Counted from the first letter of the whole stretch, positions 37,681 to 50,464 are shown. The stretch is 62,919 bases of DNA, filler included, from Dicyema japonicum (GCA_011109175.1; 14 parts of 13 records of this genome joined end to end with filler, not necessarily neighbours in it), one strand, 5' to 3'. The notes: generated by a model from the sequence alone, not told the origin. Numbers and translations: made by a program.

Positions 37681-39803
37681 ATGTGGTTGGCCACTATTAA
37701 AATAATGCCTCCAGGATAATAAATTCTTCATAATTGTAACCCAACTAATAAAATCTAGTATCAAGTCTGAAAAGTACTTTTATTTTAATATTGTAACAGA
37801 TACATCGGACTCGCTTTGATCATAAACTACTCAGAAAAAACATCGGAAAAAGACTTTCTATGAACTTCAAACCCCTGTGGAGTCTAATTTCTGGCATAAT
37901 CATGGTTGTCACACAATCGCCCATTTAAGGCCAACGAGGACTTTGACAGTGTGTGGTGCGGCATACGCGGCCCTCGCTGTTCTTGTTAGTAGAAATAGTG
38001 CAGTTCAGGCAGAGTTGGCCGACCGGGCTATTCCATCTAACCTGAGGACTCTTTTACAGCTCCAATCAGCATCGTGTTACGTAATATTGTTGGGGGGTCA
38101 TTTTTTCAGAAATTTCGATACAATTACTACTTCTGAGGACATGTCTTATTTCAAACCCGAAATTGGGACAGAATTGGTCCTTAATGGCTGTATTCCTCGT
38201 TTGGCCTGGCCGATCATCAAAACATCCACGTTTAGTAGTTTGTTGATATTTCCCATCAGTTGTACTTGGATTGTCTCCGGTTCGTCAATGGGTGGTGTCT
38301 GGGGGGTGAGGTCACTCCCAAATGTGTCGCTTCGTGTCTTCCACTTGGGGGACAACTGTTGTCCTGATTGAAGCACTGTTAAGTCCATTGGGAATGATTG
38401 GCGATGGTTTTGCTGATTTATATTTTGGGCGGCTTTGACTTGACGAGTCGTTTTGGTGGTCGAACTGCCTCGGAATAACTATTTGGGGTGCATGGTCAAG
38501 ACTGCTCACATGCTCACACTGCTTGCGGCCTTGTTTGTCGAACACTCAAGTTATTCGAGTCATTTCCGTCCTCCTGCTCCATGATGCGACGTATTTTGTC
38601 CCTTTTTGCACTTTGGGATTCTCCTCGGAGTCAATTCTGGTCTTTTTTATATTTGATTATTTTGTTTTAGAATAAGGAGTTTTGGAGACGGACTTGAAGG
38701 TCGCGCTCAGTCTCGACCTCTTCCGAGCCACTTTCTCACTTTTTGACGGAATTTTGACCAAGTTTTATATCTACGCTAAAAACTGAGGTGTCCGTATTCG
38801 CTATTTCCACACTCCACGGAAATCAACCGTTTTCTACTAACATTTCACAACCTGGTCATATCCGACCGACAGAAATAGTAGTTCTCATTTGTATGCTCCA
38901 GTCAGACCCACGTGTGCATCGTTATCCACAGTTGTGTGAATTGGGTGGACAGGGCGGGTGTCCTCAGCTGCTTTGATGGTATATTCTCCTCTATTTTGTA
39001 CTCCGTCATCAAAAATGAGTTTGGATTTGTAGTATTCGCAGTCGGTGGAATCAGTGGGCCGAATGTGTCCGTCCTCATCCACCAACGACGCAGAAAACGG
39101 AAATATGTGACGTTAGCAGGGAGCGTGTCGACCTGTCCGACCAATCACCGTTGGTAACTCGGGGGATGCTGAATTGTGAGTACAATGTGCATTCCTGACT
39201 GGCAGTGGTCTCATCGGTGTTCTCTGTGTTCGGCCGCACTTGGATTGTTCATGGTGAGTGTTTGATTTCTGTCTTCCCGGCTAGTGGCGTGGGAGTACTC
39301 CCGACTGTCGGCTTGCCTTGTATAGGGCGGCAATGTCATTAGTGCACACATGTCACTCCGTGGACTGTCGTCCTGTCCTCCTTCACATATTCCGGACTGC
39401 CCAACTCACCGAAAAGTGTCACTCTGTCTATGTACGTCAATGTCTGTGGGAACTGGAAACTATCCATTCTCGCTTTATTACGTCATCGAAACCTACGACT
39501 TGATGACGTCAAAGTGAATGCCCGACAGTGGGGTCATCGAAGGTGGATAGTATTCCGGAATCACATATTTTGGAAAGTGAAGGGGAGTCATTGGATAGTC
39601 CTGCGGGTGGGGTGTCGGGTGACCTTCCCGTTGAGTCGGTGGGTGCTTTCACTGAGCCGAGACCTTCCAAGGTCGCTAAACTGGAGGAGGAATGTGATTT
39701 TGATATTCATTTTGATGTGATGTCGGATGTGGAGGGGAATGAGCAGGAAGTGGGAGATCAATCGGACGAAATGATTTTGAATTTTTGGAAGATGAGAACG
39801 TGA
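37681..39803 (+). CDS. PELP1/Rix1-like ribosome biogenesis factor, multi-exon with frame errors; start uncertain
   Basis: RYIGLALIINYSEKTSEKTF resembles RFEGLCLL..ESPTELF; AYAALAVL...RAIPSNLRTLLQL resembles the NHLPGLLTSLLGL region; LYRAAMSLV...LLHIFRTAQ...LETIHSR resembles the Rix1 C-terminal repeat; acidic tail ending DEMILNF. Confidence 0.55.
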
Positions 39804-39973
39804 CTGATCTGCCCGCGGACATACAACTCATGCTTAGTACGTTTGTTCCGATGGTCCTGACGTTTAAATTTTAATGATTGAGGGGAATTAATTAATTGAT
39901 GACTTTATTTTAAACTCAAAACTAATCGAGAATAACTCCAAATTATCGCCAAACAATAAGTTTCGGTCCAACC

Positions 39974-40551
39974 TCATTTCCGCGATTTTCTCAGCTTTTT
40001 AATGTAAGATAGCGAGTCTCCTGAGGAAATCCCCAACCAAAATAGAATCAGAACATCAAATGCTACTGTTCGAGGTGCAGTCATCGTCAGTTAACTTAGT
40101 TCTCTAAATACAAGCCAATAGGTCTTCCAATATACTTCCTGCAACAAGAATACTTAATATAACCAGCTTATGTTATCGTAAATCCCCCTTTTGTCAAATA
40201 GCGGTCAGTCGCCCTCCGCACTGCCTGTTTGAGTTGTCTTACAGTAGCACAGGGGGGGACGAACACGTCTGATTGTCGTGCGGTGGGTGTACCAAAATTG
40301 TTTGTTGTCTGCTCGTTGGATGTGGAGTAGAATTGACTGGCCTGTTTCGAGTGAAATGTAATTTCTCAGGTCATTTATGGTCACATTTTGAGGTAAGTCT
40401 GAGAGTAATGGCTCGTTTCTGGTTTTTAGATTACTACTCACTCACTTTTTATTAGTGACCGGATTCTTTTCTTTATAGATTTTAAAAATGTCATGTCATC
40501 TTCTACTGGCAGTTGAAGTTTCTTTTATAATTATATCTATAAAACCATCAT
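39974..40551 (-). CDS. SNRNP25: U11/U12 snRNP 25-kDa protein (ubiquitin-like); homopolymer frameshifts in this assembly
   Basis: EPLLSDLPQNVTINDLRNYISLETGQSI, DVFVPPCATVRQLKQAV, ISWKYIWKTYWL, KLTDD and LSYIKKLRK match the human DPLLCDLP..VT...IALEYGQ / ISWSYVWRTY / FIKKLRQK motifs. Introns are 23-25 nt. Confidence 0.88.
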
Positions 40552-40630
40552 TCATTCGACCCACGATGTCACTGACTTTAATTTATATTAAAAACAATAA
40601 ATAACAGACATGTATTTTTAATGTCAATTT

Positions 40631-41342
40631 TTAAAAATATTCCTGAAAAATGCTATAATTTTTTCTCAAAAATCTCCAAAAAATGGAGATTCGATTAGAC
40701 TCCACGGCGCCTAAAAGAGAATCACCAGAATTTTTCGACGTGGTGTCGAAATGGTCCGTGTGAAACCCCATCTCCTCTATTTTCCACCAAAGATCTAATT
40801 TCCGGTGGAATATCATCCGCTTCCGTGCTAAACATTTCCTTTCTTTTCGTTTTTTTTGAATTCCACGAGTCTTCCTTGTTGTGGACATATTTTGCAGGGT
40901 CTTCTTCAAACCCCGAGTCCAAACTTTGTGGCGACTTCTTCTCCACCCATGGACAGGTTCATCAAATTGAACGTTCGTTCTGCTTACTTTTATATTTGGT
41001 CCTCACCCATCACGCCGTCGCTCTTTTCCGAATTCCGCCAAAAGTCGTCCCCGGGAGCTTCCTTTGGCCCATTTGATTCTGAATTGTATTTTTAAATTAC
41101 AATAAAAATGCTGGTTCTTATGTTTTTCCCCGCTTTTTCAGAATCTTCAAATGATGTTGAATTTTCCTGCAATGTAACAAACAGAATCGAACATTATTAA
41201 CTGCCACTGGTCTCTTTTTGATTTCTGAGTTTAGTAAATACAAAGTATCAAAACCTCTCACGGATTTTGTTAAGTCGAGAGCAAGTTTACTGGAAAGTTC
41301 TCGGACGTTAGAGAATTTGACTTGCTTGTCTATTCCTGACAT
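40631..41342 (-). CDS. Probable multi-exon gene of unknown function
   Basis: ATG at 41342 opens a 74-codon frame. Candidate micro-introns (gttcgattctgtttgttacattgcag, gtaatttaaaaatacaattcag) and charged downstream frames follow; no family recognised. Confidence 0.35.
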
Positions 41343-41614
41343 AAAAATTCGAGCATAGTATTATATTCATTTTATTGCGCAAAATGGTTAGAATTAAAAT
41401 TTAATTAATCGTATCTTTTTTAAAAAATAACCAAAAAAAATCAGCTTTTAAAAACAAATTAATCATGAAGTAAAGAAGTTCAATTTATTATTAATTATTA
41501 TAATCTGTATTTACCAGATGCAAGAAAAACCTGTCACGTGTACAAGTCAAGGAGACGCTTTGTGTACAGTCAATCTGAGAAGGGAATTACAAATAAAATT
41601 AGGTCCAACGTATA

Positions 41615-41800
41615 GAATAAGATAAGGAGACAAAAGGCAATCAGCTGTTCCCCCTAAGTATGGCTACTAAAGCCGATTGAGACGCGCTCAAAAAGCCGAC
41701 TGAGCTCGCGGGGGTCGTTTCTAATTTTCCCAAGATGGAGGCCTCTCTCGTGAGGAAACGTAGTTTCGATGAACATAGTGTTCATGAGGTTTCGACTGAC
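41615..41800 (-). mobile_element. CRE-clade 3' fragment
   Basis: RNDPRELSRLFERVSI...AILRGTA. Confidence 0.65.
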
Positions 41801-42074
41801 ACAGGTTCGAAGAAAAATCTGTCCAAAAGGGATCAGTATTTTTGGTTGTGCGAATCTCCGCTTTGGTCGCCGCTGTCCCGGCTTCGGTCGTAGCTTTGTA
41901 TAACTACACTATATTTGCAGAGTAACTGTCTTGGATCTTTCGACAGTTCCTCTCCACAACTTGTATATTGTGAGTTGTTTTTGATTTATTTTAGGTACGC
42001 CATGAATTAAAAACTCGGGATCGTCTCATTATTAATACAAAAATATTACATATCAAAAATTATAAAATATGAAT

Positions 42075-43741
42075 ATTTGTTTAAATATTATCCGCAATAC
42101 AAAATTTATGGCAGAGCCCACGTCACGCCCCACAGCAAGACGAGGTCCCCAATCTCCTCTCCACACAGCACAAACCCTACAACATGACCCCCGCACTCAC
42201 GTGTCATGAGTGATCAGAATGGGCTGGCTGATCAGGGTAGTCAATTCCTCGCACATTCGGGCATATTTGAACATGAGCAATTGTTTATGCACTAGTTTGC
42301 TTCTATAACTCGACAAGTCGTGTCGAAAACATCGAATGATGAGAGGAAACACATCTTTGTAGGCCACACTGTCCTGCAGTGAGGACATGACCGACTGGAA
42401 GGACAAGTGCGATCCCAATTCTTCAAAAAAGCCAAGAGCGGCCCCCAAAACTTGTCCATGTTTGTCCTACTCATCACACAGCAAGAACTACTGGCAAACA
42501 TGGACGTACAACTCGAAGAGGGTTTGATACAAATTACATTCAGTGTTGGAGAACTGAGCACAGTAGTCCTCCGCCCCCCTGTAGTCCCCCAGGTCCTCCA
42601 CGATTATATCCAAGGCCTTTTTGTGGTCCCGACCTACACGTCCGGACTCCCTCCCAACCTTCCCGTAGAAGAGGCAAGCTCGTACTTCAAAAAAAATCCA
42701 CCGACCTCAACGTGCCCAGAATCTCCGAAACTCTCATTTTGTCCGAAAAGAGCAAGAAATCCCTGAATCTCTTCCTTGCAATGTCCAAGTCCTCTTCTTT
42801 GTAGTCGCCGGGGGTGGACCAATGGGCGCGGATGGTCTTGGCCAAGTACAGGCGACACAACTCGGTGTTCACATCCTCACTCTGAAGGTCAGTCCCCCAC
42901 ACCCTGCCTTATTCCCCACTTTAAACACGAGGTGTTCGTAGAACATCTCCAGGGAGTCCGGGAAGTCCTCCAAAATGTCGACAACAACTGGTCCTCGCCG
43001 TCCGCCAGTGACAGGGGAGGCATGTGGGACGCATAAATCTCGGAATAATGGCATTCGCAACTTTGACTGTCGCTTCCGGGCTATGTGGGAGAACTGCCTT
43101 GATGAACGACATTACCGCGACCGAGTCCTCCATTCTATAAGTGAACTAATGGGGACATCACCGGTTGATGTGCCCTCCAATCGTCTCCAGTCCCGGGTAG
43201 GTCTTGTCCCTCAAAACACGCGTCTCTAAACTGGAATGAAGGGAGAATGTCTACTCCATCCAAATGTGCAATGCTTCTTTGGCCTGTTCTTTGTGGTAGT
43301 TAAACAGTGCGAGGAAGTGGTGTTTTCCCTTCTCTATAAACTCATCTCTGCAGTCCTCCACATCACAGTCGAGGCCTCTCTCGATCAGATCCTCGAGTTT
43401 ATAGTCCAAGTCCAGTCTTAGGGCGAGTCTGACCAATGCACAGTCGACACACTACTCTCTACATGACAATACTCCACTCTTTTGTAAGCAGATGACTTGT
43501 TCTCCAACATATACTGCAATAGGAAGTGATTGTACATATATGTGTTCTCAGCAGACATAAAACTTGAAAGCAGGGGACATTCGAATCCCAGGGAAGGGAG
43601 GTCCCCGGGAATCAAATAGGCAGGAACCAGTCCATCATACATTTTTATTATCTGCAAATAGAATAATACAATCAAACTCGGATAACTTCAAACCGAGAAT
43701 CTCTAAAAAGTCGATCCGCCTCTTTAAAATTGCCTTCTGTG
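42075..43741 (-). CDS. TGFBRAP1: TGFBRAP1/Vps3 (CORVET subunit), 5'-partial; homopolymer frameshifts in this assembly
   Basis: NFKEADRLFRDSRFEV, VDCALVRL, EKGKHHFLALF...EALHIW, FPDSLEMFYEHLV, HKKALDIIVEDLGDYRGAEDYC and a C-terminal ILITHDT.CGVC zinc finger. It breaks at the n at 43742. Confidence 0.85.
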
Positions 43742-43742
43742 N

Positions 43743-44086
43743 AATTTTGTTTAAAAGTTTGGGGTGCGGCTTATACACGCAGTCTAAAAATTATACCTGT
43801 AAACTTTTCACTACGTTCGGATTCATTGGTCTATTGTCAACACGTGTGTCAGCTAATGGATTTATGTGACGCCAGACACACAGACAGTTGACTTGGCGAA
43901 TGACTCACGTAGCTAGATTCAATTCAGTGTGTTAAATAACCGGAAAAACGTATGTGGGGATGGATAAAATTAGTGCTGCAATGCGGGTGCGGCTTATACA
44001 CGGTGTATGCCTGTAACTCAAAAAACAACCTTCAAAGTTTGGGGTGCGGCCTATACAGGGTGGCGCTTATACACGAGGATTTACGG
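43743..44086. mobile_element. pogo/Tigger-type transposon end or MITE
   Basis: The terminus ACACGAGGATTTACGG is followed by TA, and the subterminal motif GGGTGCGGCYTATACA occurs three times. Confidence 0.7.
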
Positions 44087-45313
44087 TAGTTGAAATTGTA
44101 CAAAAGCGATTAAAATTGAGATAATAATTAAACTATACATTAGAAAATAAAAGCTAACCCTAACTCAAATCCTAACAAAATCTTAAACAAAATTGGACTT
44201 GGAAAAATTTGAATGAAAAAAATTTAAACAAAATAGTTAGTCATTTTTGTAATTCTTGATATATGTACGTTAGTTTATTAACCATTCTCATTTTCAATCA
44301 AGTACCTGTCATTTGTTGATTTACCACACATATTTGTTGGTTGATAATCCATCGTATAGTGAGAACTTTCGAATATTGACATCATTATCTTGTCTTGGAA
44401 ATTGTTTAAAAAATTACTACCTTAGTAATACTTTAGCTCCGACTTTTATGGAATCTTCATCATATTTCAATCTTCTTTTTTCTATCATTTTATCTCCAGC
44501 GATAAGAAGTTTCGAATACGGCTTCTTCATCTACGATTGCCCTGTCGACATCTTCCGATAATAATTGTTCCATTTCCAGACTCCGTTATTGGATTCGGAT
44601 TTCGAGCACCATAAACAAGTAGAACGCGACTTTTCCGTTTGTGGAATATATTGTGTTATTGTAGTTCATAAACAATGTCTTTGATTATGGAACAATAAAC
44701 GCCCAAAATATCCACGAGAGGCAATTGCTGAAATACACACGTTTTATGCTTTGTTTGAACCTTAAAAAATTAAACCACCAGACAACCTCTATACTTGATT
44801 TTGTATCAAGGGCGCTTGTGCCCTACTACGCACATGTTTGATCGAATATTTTTCACAGACTTCGTCAATTAATGAATTACAGGAATTCTTTCCATTGTCT
44901 GTTTGAGAGGTGTTGGTGGTCCGATGTAATACAAAACATTTTTAGACAACAGAATTATCGTTAATTTCAGAATATCTGCGAAGATCAATGAGATCTGCAC
45001 ATATATCTCTAGGCCTCGCGCGATGATTGAAGTTATTTGCGCTTAGTCGCCATTAATTTTTTAGTCTAACATTTCAGAATTAAAATTTACCTGGCAATAG
45101 ACACATTTATTAATTACTCCTGCAATTTCAGCTCTAGTCAAACATAATACTTAATCTTTAGCTGCTGAACAGTCGCTCTCTACCAAAATGATTATAATTA
45201 TGATCCGCTTAACTAATGTAAATTAATGAAATACCTCAATGCATTTAGCTTCAACTCAATGTCATCTTCTTGAGACTGTCCATTTAACGGCGTGTCCATT
45301 CATGGACTGTGAC

Positions 45314-46657
45314 ATTATTATTATTGTTATTTTATTAGCACCTTCACGAGAGCCATAATATTTTATAACCCCGCATGTGCAGCAAAAGATATTAGAGAAC
45401 TAATTAGATTGCTCCAAGCTCTCCTGTTCTTAGCTAGGTTCCTCAGAGAGTCCAGGTCGTCACCAGATGCCAATGTTTTCTTCACAGTTTCCAGATCGTT
45501 TTGTAAAAAACGATCGGGAGGGTAGTTCTCGGTCTTCCACGAAAGCGCCTTACATTGGAGGAAGGGGTAGTAATCCTCCATTGCGATGTTCGGGGGGGAT
45601 GCCGGGTCTAACCTCAGGACGTGTCCGAAAAGTCTCCAACGAGAGCTTAATGATCTCACGACTTATTGGCGTACAGTCACACTTATTGTACAGTCCACTC
45701 CGCGAGATCCTGGATGGCCAGGACATTCCAGTTAGTTTCTTAGATGATTCCTGTGAAACGAGTCGAGCCTCTCCAATTCTTCTTTTGTCGTGCCCCAGGT
45801 TCCTAGAGTTGTATAGGAGGATTGGTTTTGAAAAATGTATGTATAGCATTATCCTTTGTTTTATGTCATTCCCTTTCCGTTTTAGCCATAGGTTTTTCAG
45901 CTGTGTAATGCGCGTTTGCCAGGGTTTTTCTTCGTATGATATCTTCACCGTCTCCTAATAGAGAGCCAAGTTTCTTAGTGTTTCCTCCATTTCTCTTCAA
46001 GTGGGTTGTTCATTCGTATTATTCCGTCCATTCCGTTTTTTCTTGTTCACGGTGAGGAACCATTTTCCAAGTATGACTGGTGCTTTTTCTAGCACATTTT
46101 CAAGGAGCTCTTTGTTTTCAGAGATTAGATCGACATCATCAGCATAAATCACTTCTTCTATTTTTCCTTGGTATAATAGTCTCAGTTCCCTCATAGCGGC
46201 CTCCAAGTATATTGTGAATAGTAGCGGAGACAGGGAGTCTCCCTGAGGAGTGCCTGTGTTTGTTTCAAATTTCCTTGAGTAGGTTTTTCCAACTCTCACA
46301 AGGAGTTCTGTGTTAGATAGGAGGATTTGGGTCATTCTTAGACTCGATTCGTCAATAATCCCTTCCAGCACTGTCATCAATTTGTTCCTGTTAACCGAGT
46401 CAAAGGCTTTTGATAGATCTATTCCCAGAATGTGGGTGGCATTGCAATATCTTTGATGTGTTGCACATCTCCATCTGTGACTCCAAACTGCATCAGCTGT
46501 TGATCTTCCTTCTCTGAACCCACTTTGACTTTTAGGTAGGTACTCGTAGGCTGGTCCTTTTATTCGTTCCAATACAATGTTAGCTAAGACTTTCCGTAGA
46601 GAATTTGATAAAATAATTGGTCGTAAGTTTTCAACCGGTCCTTTGGGTTTATTCGGT
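45314..46657 (-). mobile_element. RTE-clade LINE, RT and 3' end
   Basis: RPIILSNSLRKV, QSGFREGRST, IDLSKAFDSV, PQGDSLSPLLF, YADD, RWRLFGHVLRL and LAKNRRAW motifs; (AAT)n tail. Confidence 0.92.
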
Positions 46658-46778
46658 NNNNNNNNNNNNNNNNNNNNNNNNNNNNNNNNNNNNNNNNNNN
46701 NTTAATTAATTAANNNNNNNNNNNNNNNNNNNNNNNNNNNNNNNNNNNNNNNNNNNNTTTTTTCTGTGTTTATTTAGA

Positions 46779-47252
46779 CGTTTTTCTTCTCTAACTACAT
46801 GGGAGCCATAACTTGGTAAAATTGGGGTTATTGTAGTTTCTATTCTATTCCAGCTGTGCTTATGGCTCTGGGAGTGACTACGGTTGTGTCTATTGGGCTT
46901 ACTTTGTTCAGTTTTCAGACGAAGGTGAGTTATGACTGATTTTAGATCGACTTTACGAAAACGGCTGGTGCGGCCTTCTGTGCCATTTTAGTTTTGTTTG
47001 TATTCGGATTGTTATCTTCCTTCTCTAATGTGCCAGTGCTCCACAGGGTCTACTCCTGTCTGTCAGCCCTGGTGTTCTGTTGGGTTTGGTAGAGACTGAA
47101 TGTAGTATATTGTGATTGATACGCAAATGTTGATGGACGGACAGAGGAAGTATACGATTTCGCCTGAGGACTATGTGTGGGCGACATTGAATTTGTACTG
47201 TGATTTTGTCAACTTATTCCTTCATCTTCTTAGCTTATTTAATAATAATTGA
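46779..47252 (+). CDS. Protein lifeguard / TMBIM (Bax inhibitor-1 family), 5'-partial
   Basis: FSFQTKIDFT, YIVIDTQMLM and ISPEDYVWATLNLYCDFVNLF. Introns at 46816-46836, 46925-46945 and 47084-47105 (21, 21 and 22 nt) give a clean frame to TGA. Confidence 0.92.
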
Positions 47253-48297
47253 TAATTTTTATTAATGAGTATTTTTGTGTTGTTTCTTATAGTGGATGGC
47301 TATTGGTTGGCTTGTTTGGAGATTATCAGATGATTATTTTTAGTGATGTGTTATACTTTATTGGGCTGATTGAATAATTTCACTAGATATGCTCTCACCT
47401 TCAACCTTTCTTATTCACGATATCTATTTCACTAGTTTCAATTGAATGCTTCACGGAAAATCAGAGAACAATTATACATGACCACATGCTGACAATGGCT
47501 ATCTAGAAGGCTGAATTGGAACACGCTGTAGATAGCCTACCCTCGATGGTGGATGTCTCACAACGCACGGTCGCAGTGAGACAGAGAGGACATTAGCTTA
47601 ACTCTGTCGGGGCATTTTTTCTTCATGGACGAATCGGGCATCTGTTTGCCTTCTGACTACCTCTCGATAATTCTTTCTTCCGTTGAGGCCTCAGTTGACT
47701 ATCAGAGACTTTTGGAATTGCTCAAAACTAGTTGTTGCTCACATGATGACATCTAGCCTTTTACATGATAATTTGATGGGAGCTAACTAACTTTCTGGAA
47801 GGCAATGACTTCACTTTCACAAAGAGACGAATTAAACTAAATAACCTCACCCACTTGATAGAAAAAATAGAGGGGACGTAATCCTAATTGTACTGGAATG
47901 GACCTCAGCAACAAAAGAACGCTTCTTACAAGGATAATTCGCAACAAAAAAACGCTTCTTACATTGATTTTTGAAGGTTTGTTGGACCATTACAAGCTTG
48001 TGAGGTAGAGGCTAACTAATTAATAGTATCATGTCGCGAGCGCTGAGCGTGATCCATCACTGTTAATCATTGTCAAAAATAATCTATTACGGTCAACCCT
48101 CTCTATAATGAACCCTCTCTATAGCGAACATGCCATATTAATGCATTTCACAATAACAAAAATTAGTTATTGTAATGATATATTAATTATAAAATGAATA
48201 CCACTTTTAAAAATGTATAAAATCATTCATGTAAATAATTTGGTGTTCACTATTAAAGAATAGTGAACGTCAAAAAAATATTTTTTGTTTACTATAG

Positions 48298-48800
48298 AGC
48301 AGAGCTTTTCAAAAAATAATTCTCGCGGCACACTAATCGTAAAAAAATAATCCACGGCACACATTAAAAAATAAAAAAAATTAATTTTTTAAGATGTGTA
48401 AAACTAAGTCCAAAAATTGGTAATTTAATTCCCAAATTTTTATTATGAAAAAAGTGAATTCTTAATTATTATTGTTTTTGTATATATAATCAATATCAGG
48501 TCGAATGGTTAACAAAGGCACTCGGATTTTAGCACAAATCCGACGAGAAACAGTGTTATCTGACAAAGGTATCTTCATTATTTTTTGTTCATATTTATGA
48601 CCAAACATAGTCCGAGCAATAATACGACAAGCAGTGATTATCAAGTTTTCGCCAATATTGTGAGGTTTTAGTTTGTTTTGCTATCACTTCTGAGATCAGG
48701 TATGAACATTTCAATGATTCCTTTGTGTTTAAAAAAGTTTCACTGAACATCATTTGACTAGATCTACGATTCATATTAAAAACCAAATAATACTTAAGTT
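48298..48800 (-). mobile_element. hAT (Buster/ZBED5-like) fragment nested in the Ginger-like element
   Basis: SYLISEVIAKQ and KIMKIPLSDNTVSRRI; a hAT-like terminus CAGAGCTTTTCAAA begins near 48300. Confidence 0.75.
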
Positions 48801-49999
48801 GTTTTTTTCATTGAATTTTTTTAGTGCTGTGAATGAACTTTCTTATTAGACCCAGCACTATCTTCGTTTTGACAAAATTGTTAGACAATCTCTCGACAAC
48901 AGTTATGGATTCCCATACGGATGTTCAAATTTTTTTATCTAAGAAAAGGATTCGTCCCATAATCTTTTTTGAATACGAACCCTTAAGTAATTAAAAATCG
49001 AATACAATATCTCCAACATCTAACTCAATTTTGATCGATGCACTCCCATCTTCCTATTCATTCTTCTATAATTTGAAGACTGCAAATACACCCTCACAAA
49101 GTTAAACTAATACTCATCATCTTTACTAATAAATAACAATGAAAACCTTTATTATAAATGTCGGGATTTTCTACAACTTCCAATTCTTCATATTAAAACT
49201 TTTTGGATTTTCCTGAACATGATTCCACAACTGTGTGGAATCCAGGAATACTAAGATATCTTTGAATGGACTAAGGCCTAGAAAATAAAAAATCAATTTA
49301 CGTGGATGAATGAGCTCTTCTAATTGTACAAAACACAGCTTTCGATTGTGTTTTATCCACTCTTTTTTATATGTGAATATCTACACGGGCCATCCATGAA
49401 AATGTCGTTTAATTTTTCAGCGACTTCAATGCCAATTTTATTTCTAAGATTTCTTGTGATGGTATATCTCGAATAGACGTCAATGACAGTTAATAACCAA
49501 GAAAAATTATCATTATCATTTACAAAACTTGGAAATAACATAATTTTATAGCTTTTTTAGGTCAATCAGATCTATCTGAAATCTCTTATTCAGTACATCC
49601 GCAAAAATATGACTTACGTCGATCTCTTTCAACAAAACAGAATCGTTTTCGACACAAATTTTCCAATGCATTGTGTCCACAATGGTTAGCGTCATGGATC
49701 TCTTCAGCATTATCCGCATCTTCTCTGTGTTGGTTGAGGCAATTACAAGACTGTGATTAAAGAATCTTGAAGATAGAGCTTTCCGTCTATTAAAACGAAG
49801 TTTTCAGCCTTCTTTTCTTGTCTGTACTTCCGAGCAGCTGATATATTCAGGTCCTGTCTTTCGAGGATGGATTTTATTATGTTGTACTCTTCAGTATTTT
49901 TAATGGTAACTTTGTTAGGCATAAGAACAACGTGATTAGTTTGTTAGTTTTTTGATTTTATTGTCAAAAATTATGGTATCCCAGCAAAAATTGGTGTAA

Positions 50000-50190
50000 A
50001 TCTTTGTTCCCCTTGCTATGGAAAATTCCGGATCCTACTCACCTCTACACTAGAGTTTTTCGGACGTTTTGGAAACCGGATCACCTCATGCACTGGAGAT
50101 CTCCGCGAACGCCGCTGGCTGTTTGAGCGAATTTCGCTCGCAATTCTGAGAGGGAACAGCCACGCAGTGAGGGCGGCAGCTAACAAATGT
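50000..50190 (+). mobile_element. CRE-clade 3' fragment nested in the Ginger-like element
   Basis: FVPLAMENSG...TGDLRERRWLFERISLAILRGNSHAV. Confidence 0.8.
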
Positions 50191-50464
50191 TTTGTTTTTT
50201 TTGCTTATAAATAAATTAAGAATTTATAAATTTTTTATAAAGTACTTTTACACATAATATTATTATTACCTAAGATTAATCTCTATTAGTAAAAATAATG
50301 ATTTTTTTATAAAAATGCACAAATTATTCCGAAACTTAAGTATTGATTAATTTTCAATAAACATGACAGATGTTGGCACCTGTCAAATCAACTTTCATCA
50401 CGCTCAGCGCTCGCGACATATTTACTTAATTTTTTTAATGACAATTATTTAACAAAACAAGCAA

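Larger units (their letters stand above)
48032..50418 (-). mobile_element. Ginger-like DNA transposon (TGT...ACA, 22-bp perfect TIR, degraded integrase)
   Basis: TGTCGCGAGCGCTGAGCGTGAT at 48032-48053 and its exact reverse complement at 50397-50418. Internal QIDLIDL...FSWLLTVIDVYSRY and ATNHCGHNALE remnants lie at about 49150-49720. Confidence 0.8.
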
